A stretch of 20,000 nt of DNA from an uncultured virus (IMG/VR IMGVR_UViG_3300037541_000797) (lineage: Duplodnaviria > Heunggongvirae > Uroviricota > Caudoviricetes). Made by a program: the position numbers and the translations under genes. Under the pieces are notes generated by a model. That model ran no database searches. It was not told the DNA's origin and worked only from the letters and a program-made list of their open reading frames with translations. The stretch is from the IMG/VR virus record IMGVR_UViG_3300037541_000797; one strand, written 5' to 3'. Positions 16,027 to 20,000 of this stretch are shown piece after piece; the first letter of the stretch is position 1; the number at the start of each line of letters is the position of its first letter.

Positions 16027-17382
16027 ATGGACCGTGTAGGCCGGCTAATCGTTGGGTATGTGCGCGTTAGCACCGGCAAGGAGGCGCAAGACACCTCCGT
16101 AGAGGGGCAGCAATGGGACATGCAGCAGGCTGGCTGCGATCGCGTGATCGTGGAACGCGGGAGCGCTTACTCAGGCCAGCGGCGGCCGGGGTGGGAAGAA
16201 TTAAGGGCCCTGGTGGCCAAGGGGCTGGTGGCCAAGGTACTGGTGGTAGACCTGTCGCGATTGGCACGAGACGGATCTGATCAGGATTTTCTAGAGGAAT
16301 GCCATTGCGCCGGCTGCACGGTCGCTGATCTGCAGGGGATGGTGCTGGAGAACCAAACGGTGAGTGGGCTCGCTCTTACCGGGGTGATGAGCGTGATGAA
16401 TCGCGTGACCTCCCGCATGATCAGCATCAAGGTGCGCGATGGCATCCGGCGGCGGCGGGAGGCAGGTTATGCAGGCAGGGGGCCTGTGCCGTTTGGCTAT
16501 GCCCACGTTGACGGGCAGGTTGTGCCATCACCTGTTACCTGGACTGCAGCCAGGCAGTTGGTTGAATTGATCATTCAGCACGAATGCAATATCTACGCAA
16601 CACTGAAGGCCCTGCCTGCTGATTTCCCGAGGCAATACTCATCTCACGGTTTAACCGGTTGGCTGCACAATCCGATTTTGCGCGGCGGACTGGGCCGGGG
16701 GGCCCCCAGCGGCACGCAGGACTACACAGAAATTGAATGGGGTCGCACCACTCCGCTGATCTCACCGGCTGAATGGACGCTGATCAAACGCCAACTGGAA
16801 ACCCGCAGCCAGGGCCCAATGCAACGAGCCGCCAGCGTTAGGCATTTATTTAGCGGCCTGATTCGTTGCGAGGGGTGCGGTAAAAATTTGCAATGGCATC
16901 AAAAACCAAATGTTCACGGCCCCGGCGTGGCGCGATATGCCTGCAAACGCCCCGGTTGCTGTTACGTGGGGAAGGGGGTTCGAGAAGACACGCTGCGATC
17001 GGCAGTAATTGATGTGTTGGTGCGCCGTGCTGCGCGGCGCATGGCCCGGTTGGCGCTTGAGGGAGCCGAACCACCAGAAGTGGGTTGCCCTGAGCTGCTG
17101 ACTTACCGCGAGCAGTTGGCGCAATTGGAGCAGCTGCAGGACCAGGGGGTGACGGGGCTAGGAACCTCAATCGTTCGTCTCCGAGATCAAATCATCACGA
17201 TGCAGGCGTTGCCAGCGGAAGCCTGGCCTGGCCTTTACGAAAACCTGTTCCGCTCCCCAGACGCGCTAAGCCACGCCACTGATGAACTGCTGCGCCCAGT
17301 GTTTTTGCATTTTGTATCAGAGATTTTGTACCAAGGCGGCCCCAATTCGTTCAAGATCAAATTGCGATCGCGGCTTAGCTAG
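16027..17382 (+). CDS. large serine recombinase (phage integrase; XisF-like)
   Basis: GYVRVST catalytic serine motif, RPGW..L, DLSRLAR, recombinase domain PFGY, zinc ribbon LFSGLIRCEGCG...YACKRPGC and a coiled coil. Confidence 0.95.
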   Translation: MDRVGRLIVGYVRVSTGKEAQDTSVEGQQWDMQQAGCDRVIVERGSAYSGQRRPGWEELRALVAKGLVAKVLVVDLSRLARDGSDQDFLEECHCAGCTVADLQGMVLENQTVSGLALTGVMSVMNRVTSRMISIKVRDGIRRRREAGYAGRGPVPFGYAHVDGQVVPSPVTWTAARQLVELIIQHECNIYATLKALPADFPRQYSSHGLTGWLHNPILRGGLGRGAPSGTQDYTEIEWGRTTPLISPAEWTLIKRQLETRSQGPMQRAASVRHLFSGLIRCEGCGKNLQWHQKPNVHGPGVARYACKRPGCCYVGKGVREDTLRSAVIDVLVRRAARRMARLALEGAEPPEVGCPELLTYREQLAQLEQLQDQGVTGLGTSIVRLRDQIITMQALPAEAWPGLYENLFRSPDALSHATDELLRPVFLHFVSEILYQGGPNSFKIKLRSRLS

Positions 17383-17496
17383 CGCTAACTCGGCTTGCTG
17401 TTGCCTGGCCAACTCTTGCTCAGCAATTAAATACAACGCCCGTTGCACGGTGATGGGTCGAGGCGCGTCTCTAAATTCAGGTCGTTTGTATGGCAT
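17317..17496 (-). CDS. small protein (59 aa) convergent with and overlapping the integrase 3' end
   Basis: Read manually: MPYKRPEFRDAPRPITVQRALYLIAEQELARQQQAELALAKPRSQFDLERIGAALVQNL*. TAATG-coupled to the upstream ORF. Confidence 0.6.
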   Translation of the reverse strand: MPYKRPEFRDAPRPITVQRALYLIAEQELARQQQAELALAKPRSQFDLERIGAALVQNL

Positions 17497-17771
17497 TATG
17501 CAAGCTTCCGCAAATAGAGATTTGCCTGTCTGCGGCGCTTAAGAATTAGCTGCCAGGTTTCCTCCACCAGGGGCAGGGTTTCACCTGGCGGGGCCGGCTG
17601 CAGCCGGTGAGTGTTCAGCCATTGGTAGGGCATGGTGCGCTGGGCGTGGGCCCAGTTCGTCACAGGCACCACCGCAAACTCTCCCTTGGTGGTGATCACG
17701 CCCCAGCCGTAGCGAGGCAAGGCCAACGCAGCAATGGTGGCTGCCATGCCGGGGGATGGAGGCCAGTTCAT
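17496..17771 (-). CDS. hypothetical protein (91 aa)
   Basis: ATGA-coupled to the upstream ORF and TAATG-coupled to the downstream ORF. Confidence 0.7.
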   Translation of the reverse strand: MNWPPSPGMAATIAALALPRYGWGVITTKGEFAVVPVTNWAHAQRTMPYQWLNTHRLQPAPPGETLPLVEETWQLILKRRRQANLYLRKLA

Positions 17772-18055
17772 GGCTGAGCCTTGGGTGATGCATCAGACGG
17801 GCGGCCGGCTTCTCGAATTTGCACCTTGCTACGACCTTTGGCTGCTTTGGGCAGCCAGTGAATGTCTTCGTCAAAGATTTCCCGCTCGGTCACCAGCGAA
17901 TACCAGCGGTAACCGCAGCTCACACATTCGTTGCGCCGCACGCAGCGGGTTCGCTGCGTCTGCTGTCCGGTTGATGGCAGCGTCACGGTTTCTCGCCCCA
18001 CTACACGGTTTGTGGCCAGCACCCGGCGGGTGCCGCCGCACTCAGGGCAGTCCAT
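17768..18055 (-). CDS. NrdR-like zinc-ribbon protein (no ATP cone)
   Basis: From ATG 18055 (preceded by GGAGA): MDCPECGGTRRVLATNR...RRNECVSCGYRWYS, resembling the NrdR N-terminal CPxC..RRRECxxCxxRF. Confidence 0.7.
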   Translation of the reverse strand: MDCPECGGTRRVLATNRVVGRETVTLPSTGQQTQRTRCVRRNECVSCGYRWYSLVTEREIFDEDIHWLPKAAKGRSKVQIREAGRPSDASPKAQP

Positions 18056-18266
18056 TCTCCATATCAATTGGCTGGCAATGGGAGACAGGCCAGCAATCAA
18101 AGAACGGCTTGCCGCCGGGCCCTTGGCGCTGGATTTGGTAATAGGGCATTTGCCGTTTTTTGGCATCCACCCAAACCAAGCTGCCGATGATCTGGCCCTG
18201 AGCGCCGGCTTGACTGGCCTTGCCCCAGGGGCGGCGCACGATGGTGCCAATAGGCAAGCCCTTCAT
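18042..18266 (-). CDS. hypothetical protein (74 aa)
   Basis: MKGLPIGTIVRRPW...; ATGA overlap with the stop at 18263. Confidence 0.6.
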   Translation of the reverse strand: MKGLPIGTIVRRPWGKASQAGAQGQIIGSLVWVDAKKRQMPYYQIQRQGPGGKPFFDCWPVSHCQPIDMENGLP

Positions 18267-18583
18267 GCCGCTGCACCCAGCTCTGCGGCCAATTCTTGGC
18301 GCAGCATTGCATCCCACTCATCGGCATGGCTTTCAATCCAGTCGCGAGCTGAATTGCGATGGGGGATCTCTGGCAAGCCATGGGCAGCACGCCAGGCCCT
18401 GGCCTCTACGGCCGAGCCGGATGGCTCATCAAATGCTTCCAATGGCCACCGGCCTTTGAGCACCCCAAGGGCCAACAGCCGGCCGGCGGATGCCTGGGTT
18501 GCCACCGCCCGGGTAAGCCCGGCGGCCTGATCGGCAGCCCGGCCACGGGATGTGAGTTCGTGCAGCTCCTGAATCATGTTCAT
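18263..18583 (-). CDS. hypothetical protein (106 aa)
   Basis: ATGA overlaps at both ends in a tightly coupled leftward operon. Confidence 0.7.
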   Translation of the reverse strand: MNMIQELHELTSRGRAADQAAGLTRAVATQASAGRLLALGVLKGRWPLEAFDEPSGSAVEARAWRAAHGLPEIPHRNSARDWIESHADEWDAMLRQELAAELGAAA

Positions 18584-19098
18584 GCGGCGGCAAGTTCTTG
18601 ATGGGCAGGTAAACGGGGGTTCGTGACACCGGTGGCCGCGGCCAGCCGTTCGAGGCGTTCAATGCGCTGAGCCCGGCTGGGCTGCGGCGTTGGCCGGTCC
18701 GGCGCTGGGGGCAGGGCCGGCTGACGCTGCTCGAACGGCACCCAGAGAGGGTGAAAACTGTCTGGGTTGGCCAGCCGTTGAGGCAAATCGAAGCGCAGCC
18801 CCTTGGCCGGCTCCGGGGTTTTGACGACCACACCTTTGGTGTCTGGGTCGCGACCAGTGCTGCAGGGGTAGAGGTAGCGCAACAGAGCCAGGTGGGGGGC
18901 CATGGCCGCGGCCGGCTCTGGATCCAGCAGCAGCTGCTGGCTGGCAAAAACCAACAGCTCGGGCGTGAGCTCCTGCCGAGCACAGGGCGGCAGTGTCAAG
19001 TATGCAAACTGCAGATCCTCTGGCTCCAGCCGCTTGGCAAAGCGGTGCAGTGTTTGGAGGCCCAACAGCACGTTGGCTAGATCGTCATGGGTGATCAT
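18580..19098 (-). CDS. hypothetical protein, positional analog of lambda P / helicase loader
   Basis: Start MITHDDLANVLLGL (ATG 19098) preceded by GGAGG and overlapping the initiator stop. Function inferred from position only. Confidence 0.6.
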   Translation of the reverse strand: MITHDDLANVLLGLQTLHRFAKRLEPEDLQFAYLTLPPCARQELTPELLVFASQQLLLDPEPAAAMAPHLALLRYLYPCSTGRDPDTKGVVVKTPEPAKGLRFDLPQRLANPDSFHPLWVPFEQRQPALPPAPDRPTPQPSRAQRIERLERLAAATGVTNPRLPAHQELAAA

Positions 19099-20000
19099 CG
19101 GGGCCTCCATCCTCGGGTTTGAACAGGTTGTTGAGCCGAGCCATGGTTTGCTGGCGGCGGCTGGGTTGACCGGGGTTCGGTCTGCGCGAATCATACATCC
19201 TGTTTTCGGGATGAAGGCCCCCACCGGGAAAATCGGCTCGGGGGTTGGTGGCCAGCTGGTGAGCCGCGGCCAGGCGCTCGATTGCCTCAGCTCTGCCGGC
19301 GTGGTCAAGGGATTGCCAACCGGCCATCTCGCCCTTGTGCAGGTAGGCCCGCAGCACGCCCCGATCTGCGGCGGCGGCGATGGCCGCCAAGTTGCCGGCG
19401 CCCAATTTGGTGCAATTGGCCCTGGGGTGTTTTTCGCAGCGCAGCTGCCACCAGGCCGTGAGCACCTCCAGCTCAGCTGGCTCCAGCGGCGGAGCATCGG
19501 GGGGCAGCGGCACCGGCCCGGCTGGCTTGCGGCCTTTGCGGGTCGGCTTGGCGGCTGCAGGGGGGCTGCAGGGGGCTGCCGGCTCCATGTGCCCGGCGAT
19601 GGGTCCGGCGGCCTCCTGGGGCCCCGCCAGGGGGCTGCTCAGCGCCATTGGGGCAGCAATGGGCGCCAATGGGTTTGGGCATGGCGCTGCAAGCGCCTGG
19701 GGCTCGATGGCCGCAGCCGGCGGTTCCAGGGGCTGGGCGATGGCCGTTGGCTGCATTGCGGCGGGCTCTGGCGCTGCTGGCGGCTTTGGGGCTGTTGGCG
19801 CTGGCTTCGGATCGGGTCCAACCGTTGCCAACGGCTCCGCCGGATCAATGGGGGTAAGGGGGTCTTTCTCTTGGATTTCTTCTTTTCTTGTTAAAGCTTC
19901 TTGTTTGTGTGCCAAATCTGGCACTACCCCAGTGCCAGATTTGGCACTACCCCCAGTGCCAGATTTGGCACAACCCCCAGTGCCCGAATTTGCACAACCC
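19085..20000 (-). CDS. phage replication initiator (lambda O-like), 5' end outside the window
   Basis: The frame stays open to the window edge (..GCANSGTGGCAKSGTGGSAKSGTGVVPDLAHKQE..). Contains iterons, a purine-rich tract, a Pro/Ala linker and a C-terminal domain with W..LR..K...GWQSL. Confidence 0.75.
   Translation of the reverse strand, partial: GCANSGTGGCAKSGTGGSAKSGTGVVPDLAHKQEALTRKEEIQEKDPLTPIDPAEPLATVGPDPKPAPTAPKPPAAPEPAAMQPTAIAQPLEPPAAAIEPQALAAPCPNPLAPIAAPMALSSPLAGPQEAAGPIAGHMEPAAPCSPPAAAKPTRKGRKPAGPVPLPPDAPPLEPAELEVLTAWWQLRCEKHPRANCTKLGAGNLAAIAAAADRGVLRAYLHKGEMAGWQSLDHAGRAEAIERLAAAHQLATNPRADFPGGGLHPENRMYDSRRPNPGQPSRRQQTMARLNNLFKPEDGGPDDHP
19862..19995. repeat. replication origin: palindromic iterons plus A-rich (minus strand) unwinding tract
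   Basis: 16-bp quasi-palindrome GTGCCAGATTTGGCAC at 19932 and 19956, inverted at 19909 and degenerate at 19980 (23-24 bp period). Adjacent T/C-rich tract at 19862-19906. Confidence 0.85.

Noticed and set aside
19909..19995. Palindromic repeats as a CRISPR array
   Set aside because: Spacers are only 7-8 bp and nearly identical, and the repeats lie in an open reading frame. They fit iterons.

Overview
A GC-rich 20 kb segment of a temperate tailed phage, most likely infecting a picocyanobacterium (Cyanobium/Synechococcus-type ThyX, sigma factor and serine recombinase; the host call is inference). It encodes ThyX, an ASCH-like protein, an HNH nuclease, a beta-class N4/N6 DNA methyltransferase, a head/packaging module on the minus strand (SPP1 gp7-like head protein, DUF1073 portal, TerL, putative TerS, ParB-N protein), a sigma-70 factor inserted between terL and the portal, a large serine recombinase with an intact-looking 48-bp attP directly upstream (suggesting the non-integrated form), and the 3' part of a lambda-O-like initiator with palindromic iterons. 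The most striking unexplained structure is a family of five dispersed expression cassettes. Each has a sigma70-type -10 box (TACTAT/TACCAT), a TAACG/CGTTA motif in the spacer, a 5' hairpin (GAGG loop with covarying stems in four copies) and usually an AC-rich leader, and each drives a small gene. One of these genes is a clear DUF1874/AcrIII-1 ring-nuclease anti-CRISPR homolog, and both cassette clusters contain a paralogous CxxC-CxxC 'DPT..RQRRW' protein. This points to a modular early anti-defence cassette system with its own Aca-like regulator and several uncharacterised candidate anti-defence genes.
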